From Raillietiella orientalis (Eukaryota), in assembly GCA_036172245.1 (NCBI GenBank), contig JAYWIR010000030.1, positions 434,001 to 498,000 on the forward strand: a stretch of DNA of 64,000 nucleotides. The letters run 5' to 3'. Position 1 is the first letter of the stretch, and every line of letters begins with the position of its first letter. The notes beneath the pieces are model-generated. The model did no database searches. It saw only the letters and a list, made by a program, of their open reading frames with translations, and was not told the DNA's origin. The position numbers and the translations under genes were made by a program. Shown here piece by piece: positions 24,851-39,000 of this stretch.

Positions 24851-27085
24851 GTATTGAGATTTTTCTGGATGCGGGACCGCTCTTCAGCTCTGAACCACCA
24901 CCGCTCTTTCCTTCCAGCTTGGCTATTGTTCGGGGTTTCCGTTATGGTGGGATCTTCCCGAACCGCCTCCATCCAAAGTGGTCAGTTTCAACCGAATGCG
25001 TCCATATATCATGCGTTTCTTTCTCCTTTTTTTCTTTTTTGCAAAACAGGTACGGTTTGAAAATTTACCGATGCGAGGAATGAGACTTTGGGTTCATTTT
25101 TCATACGACTAAAGTTTCCTCGACTTGAGCGAGGCCCTAAGAGTAGAAAAGCAAAGGTCACGCTGAGAGATGGGAAGCCACTTAAAAAGGAAATGGCTTT
25201 TTAATTAGCTTTTTTTCTTTACTGTGGAGGTGAGAAGAGCCGTTCGGTTGTACGACCATTGAAAACTCAGCTGTGATCGCAAGAAGAAAGGAAAATCGTG
25301 AGGAGGAGGTCAAGATGGAGTTAGACCATCGGAAGGTTGAGGTTCCGACGAAGAGCTCCCTCTTTCCGCAATCAGGGCCTGAGGAAAGGTTGGGATCCCT
25401 CATCCAGATAACTACTGTCCGTGGCCTCTTCTATCGGACGCTCGCAATCTTCCCCGTGCGCAGCGAAGTGACCCGCGGTGACGCGTCGTTTCCTCGGGGC
25501 CGCGCGCCGCGTCAGCGGAAGCACGCGAACGTGCCGGCGACGCCAGCGCCACTCTGGCTGTCGCCGTAAATCAGCCAATGCAAATAGCAGAGCGGAAAGG
25601 CGCGACCGAACATCCTCCGAAATTGCAGCCGCCGCTGCAGCACGTAGATAACCCCGATAAAGAAGAGGAGCATCGGAAGCGACCATCCTACGCCACCAGA
25701 ATAAGCCTCGATCGAAACTGGACCTGAAGGGGAAGCGACAGCAGTAAGGCGGATTCCCCGGATTCTCCTCCTTTTCCCCGTCCTTCTCCTTTTGTGCGTG
25801 TTGGGTGCATCCGTGTTTTCGCTGTTATGAGCATGTTAGGTTGAGCTGTTTTCCTCCTCCGCATAAATCGCACCTCGTTCACGTGTCCACTGCACATCAA
25901 AGAGAGAGTGCTCCCGAAGAGGGGACCTTGAAACTTCCACGATATTTCCTCTTTCGTTGCCAATACGTTCCAAATTCCTACGGAAGTAATGAAAGTCGCG
26001 TAACGAAACCGAACTTTTGCTAAGGAGCCGAAGCGAGAGAAAAACGACTTACGTCACCCCTCTGTACAGTACGCCGGCTGTCCTGACACAACCGGTGCGT
26101 TCGCAGCACCGGATGTGCACATTTTGTCTTGGGGACGGATGCGTCCGCCGGTCCCAACGGTCTTCCGGTGACTCAGACCAGCAGCACATCCTTCGTTGCG
26201 TGCTCCGCCGGGTGCATCTTCGCTTCCAGCCTCGCCTTCTCCCGGGTTCGAATCGCGGCTAGTGCAGGGCGGGCTGGGTTCGGGCTTCGAGGAGCGAACC
26301 AGGCGAGAGCTTTCAGAGAAGGGATGCTTTCGAATGACTAGCTGGGCAATGCCTGGAACCAGGAACCGGCAGGGGAGACAGCCTATCTGGAACGTGAGAC
26401 TCCAGCTTGGAGGAAGGTGAGGAGAGAGGGAGGTCCATCTTATGCAGGGGAGGAATGCTGAGTTCGCCTATCTGGCATCACGGCAGTAACCACGATGCTA
26501 AACCTCGTGGACCTCTGGCGCGGCAGCAACAGAGAAAGAGACTGAAAGAGCAGTGGAGCTTCTGAAACGTCTACCAAGTCTGCATGCTCTGAAGGAGCCG
26601 AAGATCGAGGAAACTAACGGACCCCACTCTCCACTCGTACGCCTTTCGCGCGGGATAAGACCTGGCACCGAAGACATCGCCCCGCCTTCGCGCCAGCGCC
26701 AGCGCCAGATTGCTATTGAGTCGCCCAGAGAGTCGCCGCCTGGCCGTTTCTTGAGCAATCGGTTTGCCCTCTTCCCCCTCCTTCCACGCCTTGTGTGCTT
26801 GGATGGGCGGTGGACGGAAGGGCAAGCGCTCCCTGTGCTCCTCGTTTCCGTCTCGCCAGGAAGCCATCACGAATCGCAGCCGAGAGAGGTTGGTGCGGTG
26901 GAGAGGAAGGGGGGTCTCAGGAAGACAGGATGTTGGGAGAGGCGTCTTGCAAGGTCAGGGTCAGGAAGTCTTGGGGGTCGCTGCCTCTGTCGATGGCTTC
27001 CCAAAGGTCCCGTAGAGCCCTCCCGTTCCGGCTCGCGTGACGCCCGTGGTGTCCGCTGGCGGTTGACCTGCCTATGTTTCCGTAG

Positions 27086-30000
27086 GCATTCTGCTCGCTC
27101 TCTGCAGCCTATTCTGCGGGACCATGACGGCCGACCTGCACGCAACCATGGTCCGCAACACCTTCTTCCAAATCAAGCCCTGCTACGAGCACCCCCTCTT
27201 CGACAATTTCAACCGGGATCCGCTGCATCTTGATTACTTCTTGACTCTGCTGAAGAAGATCGAGAGCAGCAACCTCGTCTCCCAGTGGGGGACGAAGCGG
27301 ATTCTGTTCAGCTTGCTGCGGAGGTGAGCACCTGCAAAGCGGACAGCGCGCTATGCCGCAGCCGGCGCCGCATGGTTAAGAGTCCCTCTCCTGACTCCTC
27401 CTTCTACCCCCTCCCCCATCTGGAATAGGGAACTCGTCGCCGCCGCTCCTCTCCCGTTCTTGCCCCTTCTCCCTCCTCCCTTTCCCTCGCCGGTGAGCGT
27501 CTGCAACAGCGAGCGTTCCCGGGAACGACCTTTTCTGAGCCTCCAACATCCAGTTCCCCCTTAGGGGAAGAGAGATTAGGGGAGGGGGGCGATGGCAGAG
27601 GTGAGACACCTTGGAAGATCCGCAGGACCTGCGCATGCGCCCAGAGAGCTGCGCTCGTAGCACAGGTCTTGAAACGGGACGCGGAAAACGCGCATGGAAA
27701 AAAAACCTTCCTGAAAGGAGCAACCCTCTTTTCAACTGCATCTCGAGCGGCCCTGCGTGCTCCCCTTTCCCCATCCCCAGCTCCACTTCTTCCTCTTTCC
27801 TTCCTCTTCTTCCTCCATTTCTTCACATGAGGGCGAGACGGGACGGTTTCACCTCCCAGTTCAGTTTTTCCGGTTCGACTTCCAGAGGCGCCACGAACGT
27901 CGGAAAGCAAGAAAAAAAAAAATCCCCTTCCCCCCCTCCTCCCTTCGTTGCAAGCAGAAGATTCTCCCTCTCCCCTCCTAGGAAGCGACTTTCAGTTGAC
28001 AGATGAAGTCTAATCTTTCTTTCTTGAAACCGTCGCCAAGCGAAGCGGATCTTCTCGGCGGCGAAGCAGCGACCCCCTCCCCTCTGGAGAAGGTCCGCCC
28101 GGGAAGCTACGGGGGAGAGAGGAAGAGGCCTCGGGGCGCCTCGCTGCTCCGGAGAGTTCCTCCTCTGGGGCGTTGCTTTCGAGGGGTTCATGCAAAGGAG
28201 GCGACAGCCCCCTGTGGCGAGGAGGGGACGCCGCTGAGCGATCCGGCAGCGACCTACAGATTTCAGCATCCACAGTCGTCGCTGCTTCGTGATCTTCTTG
28301 CGGCCACCTTCCTTCCCCCTCACCCTCGCGCCCCAGGAGGCGGTGCGCGGAGGCCTCTGCTTCCGTATCAGCACGAACCCGCAGTTTCCCCGGTAACATG
28401 CTTTTCTCTCTCCGTAGTTACCAGCTGAGCGGCATCTCCCTGCGTTCCAACATGACTGAAGTCCTGGTAAGTGACGGCTTTGTGACTGCGCGCGTCTGCG
28501 GCGTCACCAAGGAAGCCATGTGCCCGCCACGATCCTACGGACAGCATCATCTGGAGCGCCAGCGCCTTCCTCCTTGCGTCCTTCCGCACACGGGGAAGTC
28601 CCGTGGAGGCCTTCGTAAGCTTCTCCTCTTTCCCTCTTCGGGAAATAGGGGAAGCACTCGAGAAGTGGTCAAGTGATGGCTTTTTAGGGAACGGGGGAGC
28701 GCTCAGAGCAGCCACCTCGGGGCGTTGCTCGGCGGTGCATCCGCCCGATTGCCCCCCACGTCCTCCGGTCTTCAACGTCTTTCGTGGCGGTCTATTTTGG
28801 AATCGCCGCGTTAATCCCCGCATGCAGCTCTGTGCGACCAATCCATGCCATGTGACGCGATTCCGATGTAGAGCACCCCGTACCCCTATTTGTAGGACCT
28901 CTATATCAGCACCATACTCGAGTCTATTTATAGCACCTCGATCGATCTTTCCACATAGCATTATTCACAGAAGTATACAACTCGATCTATTTATGGAATA
29001 TCCCTGAATCTTTGCATAGGACATCGTTCTATTTATAGAACACTGCTGGATCTATAAACAGAACGTTATTTATTGGATACTATTCGATCTATTTATAGGA
29101 CGTTACTGGTTGCATTTGTGGTATACCAACCACATTGAGCATCGCGCAGTCTACCTATCATGCACTCACGGCCTTTCCGAATGTTACAGAAGGACAGGCT
29201 CTCAGGGCCTGTCCTTTTGTAGACCGCGCGACATACCTTCCCTCCCCTCCCTCCTCTCCTCCTCCCATTCTTCCACACCCCTAGACCTGAGAGGACGAGT
29301 GAACAGACACTCCTTTTGCTCTTCCTCGCGTAACGACTCCTAACAAGATTCCGCCCCTTCGCTGTGGGCACGTATGGGCACGGGCCTTCCTCCTCAACCA
29401 TTCGCTCTCTCCCAGGCGAGCGCCAAGTCGAATTCTAGGGGGATCGGAGGATGCTGCGCTGCCTTTTTTCGGAACGATGCGTCAAGACTCTCAAGAGGTC
29501 ACACGGCTCTTGGTCGGTCGGGTCAGGGTCGGGTGCCGATCCTCGTCGGTTGGGTGCCTGCTGTGCGGTTCCGTTTCTCTTGAGGGGGACCTCGGGTCAG
29601 GCGGTGCGGTGCCATGGGGCAGGGGGACGGTCGGAACGTTCGTCCATTCCCCTCAAGAGCCTCGGTAGGCCTCACCTCCCCCCCACCCCGATGGGCCTGG
29701 CGGAACGGGTGACTCCCGAATCTCTGCTGCTTCAGATACCCGAGGAAAGCTCCAAGGACGCCTTCCTGGCGACCATCGGCGCTGACATCAACATCGAGGA
29801 GTTCCGCATCCCTGATGGCATCCTTTCGGACGAGGAAATGGTGAGTTCCTCCCCTCCCCCCTTTTCCTCAGGGGGTGACCCATATGCCCTCCCCTTCTGC
29901 TCCGCGAACATGCCTTCCTGAGAGAGATGCCCTCCCTTAGTGCTGCATGCACAGGATGCTGTCACACGTCGTCGGAGACGCCATGGTGAACCCCGACAGC

Positions 30001-33000
30001 GGTCCCCTGCTGTCCAAGAAGGTCGTGTCTTCGTCCTCCAAGCAGCTCTCCCAGGGCGACTTCTCCTTCGGGAAAGGCGGCGCCGACAGGGGACGCATCA
30101 GGTGGGTGCAGCATGCGCCGGCTAGGGGGGTTGGGGCGTAGGCAACGTGCCCACCGGTCGGGTACCCCTCGTAGTGGACGTGGGCAGCCGAAACGGGTAA
30201 ACTCGTGGCCCTCCAGCCCTTTATGTGCTTACCTTAGATTCTGGGGATCTTCCTCGAGCTCTTCCTCCCTTGCCATGCCCCGAAATCCTCCCTTGCTCTC
30301 AATCAGGGCCTGAGGAAAGGTTCGGGTGCTCTCGTGTCCTGGGCTACTCCCTACACTCCTCGGGGACGCGTCTGTCTCCTTGCGAGACAGACCTCCTTCC
30401 GAAGGCACCTAGTCCATCCTTCAATCGCTCCATCTCCAGCGAGGGTGCAGGGGTCTTTTGTTCCCATATCTCGAGGGACTATCCAGGGCGCAGAGAACAT
30501 CCCGGAAGATCCATCCTGGGAGTGTCGAGTAGAAGAGTTTCCCTCTTTCGCCTCGGGGTTCGCGGTCCTCCTCCTCCCCTTTCCTCTCGAGCCACTAAGG
30601 AGGGTCTCCAAGACGCTTCCGGCACCGTGCGTGGGGCGGCGTCTCCCTTCCCTCCCTCTGCAGCGTCCGCCGAACCTCCCTTCCGGCGCACCTCTCAGCT
30701 GCTTGATGGAGTGGCTGGGCAGCGGCGGAAGGGCATGCCCGGAGGAGCTTCATCGAAGGTCCATCCTTCCTCACTTTTCTTCTTGCCCTCCTTTTCCTTC
30801 TGCGCAGCTGCCGTCTTCTTTCTGAGTCCTTCTTCCCTCTTTTAGGCCCTTCGGCGGCGGCGGCGGCTGGAAGGAGGAAGAGGCGTCCAAGCAGGAGGGC
30901 GGCGTCGTGTACACACGGGGCGGCGGCACTGTGGCCCTGGGGCTGGTGCTGCAGGGCATCGCCTTCGCGCTGGAAAGACAGGTCGTGGCCATCCGCGAGC
31001 TGCTCCCGCGCAACTACCACGTGGAAGACCGCTACGCCGGGAAGAGCGTCGACAACCTCTGGGCCGGGACCCTTGCAGGTGCGCGCGCGCGCCCTAGTAC
31101 ACCTTGGCCCCACGGAAGGCACGCGCCCGGGGCCTCTCCGTCCTTACTCCTTCTCCTCCTCTCCTTCCCTCTTTCTCCCCGCAGGCGAGCTGGCGCAGAC
31201 GGCGGTCTTCGACTGCCTGCCGTACATCGAGAGCACATCCTCCTTCCGGCTGCCCAAGGGCACCTACGGCGACTGGAACAGCACGGCCTGCCCGGACAAG
31301 TTTGTCCTCCAGGGGCCGTCCACCTGCATGAACAGGGCCGAGATCTACGGCGGCATCGACGGTGAGCTCCCGGGGTGGTCCTTTCCCCCCCATCCTCCTC
31401 CCCGCGGCCTTTTAGGGCTTCCACCTCCCGGGGTCGTCGCACGCGCGTCTCGGGAGGCAAGCGCAGGGGGGTGGACCGGAGAAGTCCGGAGCTTTGCCTT
31501 CTCCCGGCATCACCCGCGTCTCCTGTAGGCCTGCTCCTGGGACTCAAGATGGGCGCCCTGGACCGGGACTACATCAGCCTGTCTCAGATCCTAGAGATGT
31601 ACTACAGCGACCACGGCCTCAGCACGGACTCCGCCTACAAGGCCTGCAACCGGATGGCCAACTTCGGCCAGGACGTCCGCGCGAATGAGCTCAAGGACCA
31701 GGTGCGTCCTTCTCTCTTCCCCCCTCCTCCTCCTCCTCCTCCTCGCGCGTGGAGAGAGGGGGGGGATCGTCGGCGCCGACCACCCGCCTCCTCCTCCAGG
31801 CGCAGATAACCGCCTACGCGTTCTACGCGCACGTGGACGGCATCTATCCGAAGATTCTGGGAAGCTCGAACAACATCGACAGCTGCATCTCCATGGCCAT
31901 CGACAACATCAACCAAGCCCTCGGTGAGGAGTCCCTCCCCCCTCCCACCTCTCGTCGAGCCCCTCCGGGCAAGAGAGTCAGCCTTCTTATCCTCTTCTGG
32001 CAGGTTCGGCGGAGGGCCGCGACTACGACTCCTGCAGCGTCGCCCTGAGCAGGGGCAGGCAGCGCCTGTCCTCCTCCTCCTCCACCTTGCTGAAGCTGGA
32101 GACGGTGAGCCCCGACGTCTACGTGGTCATCGATTTGTACCGGTCCTCGGACGACGAGGTCGCCAGCATCAGGGCGGATGCGCTGTGAGTGGACGAGGGT
32201 CGTCCATACTCCGGGTGGCGGTGTCTCTCGCCTCGGGGAGCCAGGGGTCAGGGAAGGGAGAGGGAGGGGGACTGGTCGTCCGGTCGAGAAGAGGTGGGTC
32301 TTCCTCGGCGAACTGTCAGATCCTGTCCGGTGCACTCCAGTTGCGGACGGGATCTGGCAGATCTTTCGCTCGTGGTGGTTGCCTCGTTCCTCGCTCCCTC
32401 CCTCCAGAAGGCCGAAGAGACGGAGGGACATGATGAGGGTGTGTCGGGCCGAGGAGGGGCCCGAACGCCCTCCGGCCGGCCCACTCAGCGCGATCCCGTG
32501 GTTGCAGGTCCATTCTGGCTGACCTGGATGTCGGAGTCAACAAGAGCTGGGTGGAGGTGCTGGCTGCCCAGGGCAGTCGCGTGGACCCGCTGTACTACCA
32601 CGACAAGGACTTGGACGCGTCCCGCATCCGCTGTCTGCTGATGCACGCGTACTTCGGTAGGGAATGTGCTCGCCTGGGAGGAGGAGCTGACGACTTCCGT
32701 CCCGCTGCTGTCGCGCGCGCGCGCCTCTGTCTTCCTCCTCTTCTTTTCTTCCGGTTCGTTGCCTTCCTCTTCCTCCTCCACTTCGTTCCATCTCCTTCCA
32801 GGGAAGGCGAACTCCGTGGTGGACCTCGGATCTGTCTTCGACGTCCTCTACAAGATCTTCGAGGACGAGCGGAGGATGGAAAAGCGCCGCCTGGATCTCG
32901 CATCCAACCCCAAGATCGTGGTGCTGTTGCTGTACAACAGCTTCACCGACTCGGACACGCGCTCTCAGGGTCGGGTCCGTCGGTTCAAGAGTGACTTTCC

Positions 33001-36000
33001 AGGTGCGTCCATCCGCTCGCGAGCGACTAAGGCGCTGGTCGCGGCGCAGGGGCAGCGGGCACGTATATCGGCGCACTCTGGTCCCCTTCGAGCCCACCTC
33101 TCCCTTTGCCCTTCCCTCGCCGCTCCCCTGCCAGATCAGGGAAGCGGAGCGGACCGAGGGTGCGTCCGTGGGATGGAGTGCGGGAGGCAGATCGGTCGCT
33201 GCACTTCCACGTGCAGCGCGGGGCGCGGTCCAAATGCCGTCCCCGACATCTTCCTCGCTTTCCTTCTCTCGAGTCCTCTTCCGGATCCTCGGGCAGTTCC
33301 CCCCCCTTCTGATACCAACGATGACCGGAAATCTACGTCTTCTCCTGGCCGCTGCACAGTGACTCCGCAGCGACCAACCTGCCTCCGCTTTCTTTTTCAT
33401 ACCCGGGCAGGGCCAGGTCTCCGTCCCGTTCCCCTCCCCGGGATACGTGAGGACTCCCCTGTTTGACCTTGGAAGAAACCACGGTGTCCCCCCTTCCAGA
33501 TCTTCCGCTCGCGCGGCGTCTGGCGTCTGGAGACGGAACCCATCCTGGTAAAGGGGCAGGAAGAGGGGAGAGGAGAGGCGCGAAGTTGGTCGTGGGCGCG
33601 CCTGGGAAAGAGGTCACCAGCTGCGGGTGCTGGAGTTTCGTTTCCCGGCCACGTGAGTGGCGCGGCCCGAGCCACCCGCCAAGCGGCGAGCGGACCGCGC
33701 CACAGTCTCCTGGGCACCCGGGGCGCCGTCGTATGCGTTTCTTAGGAAGCGAGGATCACGAGCAGGTCGCAGCGGGCTGCTCGGCGCTCGTGAAGGCAGT
33801 GGGAAACACCCGCGAGCGTCGCTCCGACCGTGTGTGCCTCGAGGGGCACGGGTGGACAAACGGAAACCTTCGAGACACCAGATCCCTGAGCACCTTCCCA
33901 GGGGCACCGAGGACTGCTGGAAGTGCCCGCAGTGCCACCGCTGCGGTCCAGCAAGCCAAGTGGCCTGAGGAACGTAAGCTCGTCCGCTACCCTTCCAAGC
34001 CATGCGCGTCGTAGTCTTCGTTTCCACTGTGCTTCATTCCGCTACCCGGCGCCTCCACAACCCCTTCCTTCACCGTCTTCTCTGTTCCCCTCGTATCCCT
34101 CCGGCCTACTCTCCATGATGAATGCTCGAGCAGCGATTGGACGAGGCAGAAGGCATCACGGTAATGAGGTGACAACTCGATCTAGGTTGCACATGCGATT
34201 TATTTTCATTAAACGTGGCGTATCCGTTCGTTTGCTGTAAAGGGCGCGCGGGCGCGTTCACTGCAGCCATGCGAAGGCAACGATTTGCAGAAATCGGGGA
34301 GGCAGGCTTGGCATCCGTGGTGCGATCACGTGGCCTCTCGAAAGCATGGAGGCGCCGCAAAATGGTCAGAATGCAGCGGAGTAGGGAGGGGGAGGGGGTA
34401 GCGTTTTCTTACCCGGCAGGCCGCCTGGGCTCAAAGTGGAGTCCGTGGTGGGCGGATGCGGCGAGACAAAGTCTGCATCGTAAACAGGTTCCGAGATTTG
34501 CCTCCGTCCCGTGCTCACGTACCTTTTCTTCCGTTTCAGATGTGAAAATACTCATTGTGGGCGCCGACACGAAGTACAGCTCGATAGCCACTAATAAAGA
34601 CTACTTTGTGTCAATCAGGAGCAGCGATTGGCTGAGTAGGGTGAAGCAAATCCTGACAACTGGTAAGATAAGTACGTTGTAAATAAGGAACGCGTTGCCA
34701 GGGGTTCCCTCAATCCGATCTTAATCAGGCTCGGTTTGAAATCGGGCTGCAGGATTTTTCGATAAGACTTTTCAAGATTCTGCTTCTGTTGCAAACAGGA
34801 TGTCTTCCACGGTGCGCGGGGGTCCCTATTTAACAGCTAGCGTGCGGTGTGATCCTTGCTGTGCGCTGTCAAAGAACCACGACCTCATGGGAACGGTTTA
34901 CTTTTTTTATTATGCTTGGGCTTTGTGGTTTCCTATCCGCATCGGTATCTGATGGAACGGGGGCACACTGTTCGCCTCGATGCAACTTCGAGCTCAGAGA
35001 ACACGCCATCCTATTAGGTTGGTTGGGAGACCAGACTGCCAGGAGGATCATCTCCGCACCTTGATTTACATCATTGCGTATTTTCACGGAGGTGTTTCTG
35101 AACGATGAAGGCTTGGGAGCTCTCAGGCACACCACCGTCCGAGAACGTCTGACCATCACCGCGACGCCCTTACTGTTCCCTCCCTGTGGTTACCGTACGT
35201 CCGCTCTTGGACAGGATTGGCTTTTGTGCTGAAGGAGAGCATTCGAGCAGCTTCCATCACTGCACCGGACTTCACTTCGGTTGAGTTTCTGGCGACGTCG
35301 TGTTTGCCCCCACCTATTCGCCCGTGCTGTTTAATGAGGCTCATCTCGTGAGCCAAACAAATATTTATCAGACCAGAGGCAAAGGAAGCATGGAATCATT
35401 AATTAATTGGAAGGAGGGGCGGAGGGGTGGAAGACTTGCCGATGGTGAAATCGCAAACGTTTCATCCGAGCAGAGCACCTACGTGCTTGTTATCTGCCGT
35501 GTACATCTGCAGAGAGAATCCTGTCTCTCGAGGAGGGATGCGTTTCGCTACACCGCGTTGCGATGCGTCATCGGAACTGTCCCGAACGGGCTTTCCCGAA
35601 CGCTTCGCGCTGTCCCGGATTCCCATTTCCCCGCCGGAAGTTGGCGATGCATTGCTGATGAAAAGCGACACAACCCGTCCCTCATTTTCTTTCCGCCAGT
35701 CCTGCGTTCCTCCGATGGACGGCAAGGAAAACACCTCCTTTAATTTTGCCTCGTTCAGTTTACTTTCTCCGCCTGAATTCTCTTTACCTTTTCGAGAATT
35801 CGTGATGTTCTCTTCTTCATACGTGTTTTCAAGGCACTCCCCTTTTAATCATGTAGTTGGTGTCTGCACACTCCCCCTCCACCCCCTCGCCTGGTTGACG
35901 ACAAGTCTTTTCTTCTTCTTCTTCCTCTTCTTCTCCCATCCATCCCTTTCCAGGCGTGCACGTTGTGCCTTCACTGTCGGAATGTACTTCACGTCTTGAG

Positions 36001-39000
36001 ATTTGTCACCACGGCGCGAATTTTCATCCTTCTGTCTTCATCGCTTTCGTTTCCCCCCGTGCATTCCAGAACCAGAAGCAAGGCATTCTTTGTGAGAATC
36101 ATTCAACTGTCGGCTCATACACTCACAGCAGAGTGTAATTGAAGGTTCATTAGCGTTGTGAACGCGGATATTTTTCATGTCTGACTTTGCAGGTAATGTG
36201 ATTGCAAAGCTTAATGTGGAAACAAAACAAAACAAAACAAAAAAAAAAAAAAAAAACGCGGGCCTTTGCTGCTTTCGCAGACTCCTCTTAATCCCAATTA
36301 ATTCCAAGGACCCTGATGATTCAGGTAGTGACGTAAATGACTCGAGTTCATTTTTCTCTTTCGCCTTCCACTGCTGAAAGTACCGCTTCATTCGAACTTC
36401 CCATCGTTCGGATGGTGCGGTGGGAAGCCCCGCATGACGCGGGATGCCCTGTAACGTAAATCACATCATCGGTCTCAGGAAGAGCAATTCTTTCTCCATA
36501 TGAGCAGTTTTCTTTGTGACCGCTGGATCAACCACAGCCTACACCAACAAGCGTTTGCGCCCTTCTTTCTCTCTCTCTCTCCTTCCAGAAGCTCTCGGCC
36601 TGTTGATGTGAAATCTCGTGTTCTTGCAGCACTCGTTGTTTATGCACGGGGAATCTGCACAGTGTCGAGCATTCACCGTGTTTGTTTACATCCCTGGCCG
36701 AGGATTCGTGCCAGGCAGCAGTCCTCACATCCCTTAGTCGTCCTCGGGGGCGGCGCCTACAGTTGCACCTATTTGCCGCGTGTTACCTCAGATTTGGATC
36801 ACGAGGCAACGAGCTCGACGCGTTTCGGTCGCCAACCCCCTGCATCCCGGTCCGGATCTTCCCAGTGCCGATCCTTCCTCAAGGGTGAGGGCAGTGGCTA
36901 AGAGCCGATCGCCCGTCGGGCAGGAGACAGCTACAGTGGTGCGCGAAGAGGGGCAACGCTCTGCGGCCCCTCTCGTCCTGGTCGCTGACGAAGGGGAGAG
37001 AGAAACGCAAGCGTTTTCGGAAACCAGGGCGCGAGCGGGGCGCTAATCCGGAGATGTCGCTGCTGTCTCCGCTTGCGTGCGGATTCCATTACTGAGGCTG
37101 TTTTTCCTTTTCTTCACGCGTCCCACGTTCGCTTTCAGCTTTTTGGTTTCCCTTCTCCAAGTCGCCCTGCTTTTCCTTTTCCAGTCGTTTCGTGCCTGAA
37201 CGTCGTTTCTCCCGAACTCTTGCCCTTTCCGCCTTCGGAAGAAAGGTGTTGGTGTTGGTGTGCGAGCGCGCGCTCAGGGAGAGGGGGGTAGGGAGAGGGG
37301 GAGGAAGAAGAGGCGAAACTTTTTGCCTTTGGGACTTGCTCCATGCCAAGCTGCGTGATTTTTCAAGGATCGCTGGATGCTCGACCCAGACTCAGATGCC
37401 CTCTTGCTCGCGACGTCTTTCACAGCTGCTCTCCAGTAACGAACACAGTCTTGATTTTTTTTTTTGTTGTTTTTGCTTCTTATCTTTGTTTTCTTTGAAT
37501 GGCCTCCATCCCGTGTCCTTGATGTGCGCCAGCGGGGCGTAAGCGACGCAAGCACGCCTGGAGACAACGTGCGTAGGACTCGGCACACACGTCAACCCCT
37601 TTCTCTCCCTGTGCGTGCGCGCTCTCCCCTGTGCGTCCGCGAGGTCAGCCACACCGCAGCTCGACGGCCGCGTTGTTCTCTCCCATGGAGGGATACGGCG
37701 CCCTTCCTCTGCTTCTTTTGCATCCGGAAGAATTTCCGGAGGCAAAAACGACGAACAAACAAACACGAAGCGGCGGACGGGAGAGCCAACAGTGCTCACT
37801 CGAACCCCTTCCTTTCAGCACCGAACCGGTTGTTCTCCTACCAGTGCCAGGATGGAGCCGAAGCGCGGTTCCGAGAGACTCTGTACATGACTCCGGGATA
37901 CGTCAAGGTCTACGAACTCTCCTCCAAGTACTTCTCCCTGAGTTCGTCTTTTGCGATCAAGGTAAGGCAGGGAGTTCCCACAAAGGGGAGGAGAGGGGAG
38001 CGCGCCCTTCTGCGCGCAAGCCGGTCGGTCCGTGCTCTCCCACCTGCTCTCCTCACCGCGATGGCAGCGCGGATGCAAGTTCCTTCCGTGCTCAAGGCTA
38101 CGACCGAGAGGAGAGGGGAAGGGGAGAACCTGCAAACCGTGCGCGCGGTTCCTTTGGGCGTGGCGTCCTCCACGGCTTCTCCCCTCAGATCCTCTCGGCT
38201 TCCCCCTCGAGAGGGAAGAGGGGGAAGAGGAGGAAGGGAGGGAAGAGAAAGAGGAAAAGGGAGAATACCAGGGCCACTCGAGCCCCCCTTTCGCTTCCTT
38301 GGCCTGTGTGGAGATAGAGGGGGAGCACTTCCCTACCCTCTCCCTGCCACTTGCTCCTTTGCTGTGTCCCCAGCGTGCGCATCTTGGCAAACCAACGGAA
38401 CGGGGTTCTTCGGTATACAAGGTCCCCCCCCCCTTCCCCCCAAAAAAGAAGCTTCCAGAGGAGGTGAACGGCACAGCAGCACACGGCTTGTTCTCCTCGT
38501 CTTCCTTCTTGCCTCGAACGACGGAAGAGTGGACACAGATGTCTCGACATGGAAGGCACTCGCTTTTCCAAGCTACCACTTTCTCCTGGCCCGTCACCTT
38601 CTCCCCCACTACTCCAGCACGTCCTGGTCGGGGGGAGGAGGACGTGCCTTCTTTCCCTCTCCCGCTCCCGCGGGATCCTCCACAGACCGGTCGCCACGAC
38701 GACGCGGAGCGAGGGATCGACCCCGCATTCGGGGTCGGGCATGGGCACACTCCTCGATCCAGAAGCATCCTTCCAGGACTCGTCCCACCCCGATCTCCTC
38801 CCTCCGGGAGTGGGACGATCCTAGCCATCGGAGCAAACGCGCTGTTTCACCTCGCACCAGCGTCCACCAACGTCGTGGCGGCTTCTTGCCACGGAGCACG
38901 GCGTTTTCGTATTCCCTGGTAAACATGGTTCCCACCGACGCGCGTGGGGAGCCGTGAGGTCTGCCCAACCCTCGAAATTCGGCCGCTGACTGTGGGATGG

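Noticed and set aside
29941..29955. Apparent frameshift in the GPI-anchored gene if the acceptor is gcacag at about 29954
   Set aside because: Using the upstream cccttag acceptor (exon start 29941) restores the frame (EEM|CCMHRMLSH), so the gene is not a pseudogene.
37464..38957. 497-aa ORF
   Set aside because: Only 37819-37961 is a real exon of the GPI-anchored gene. The rest is intron read-through.
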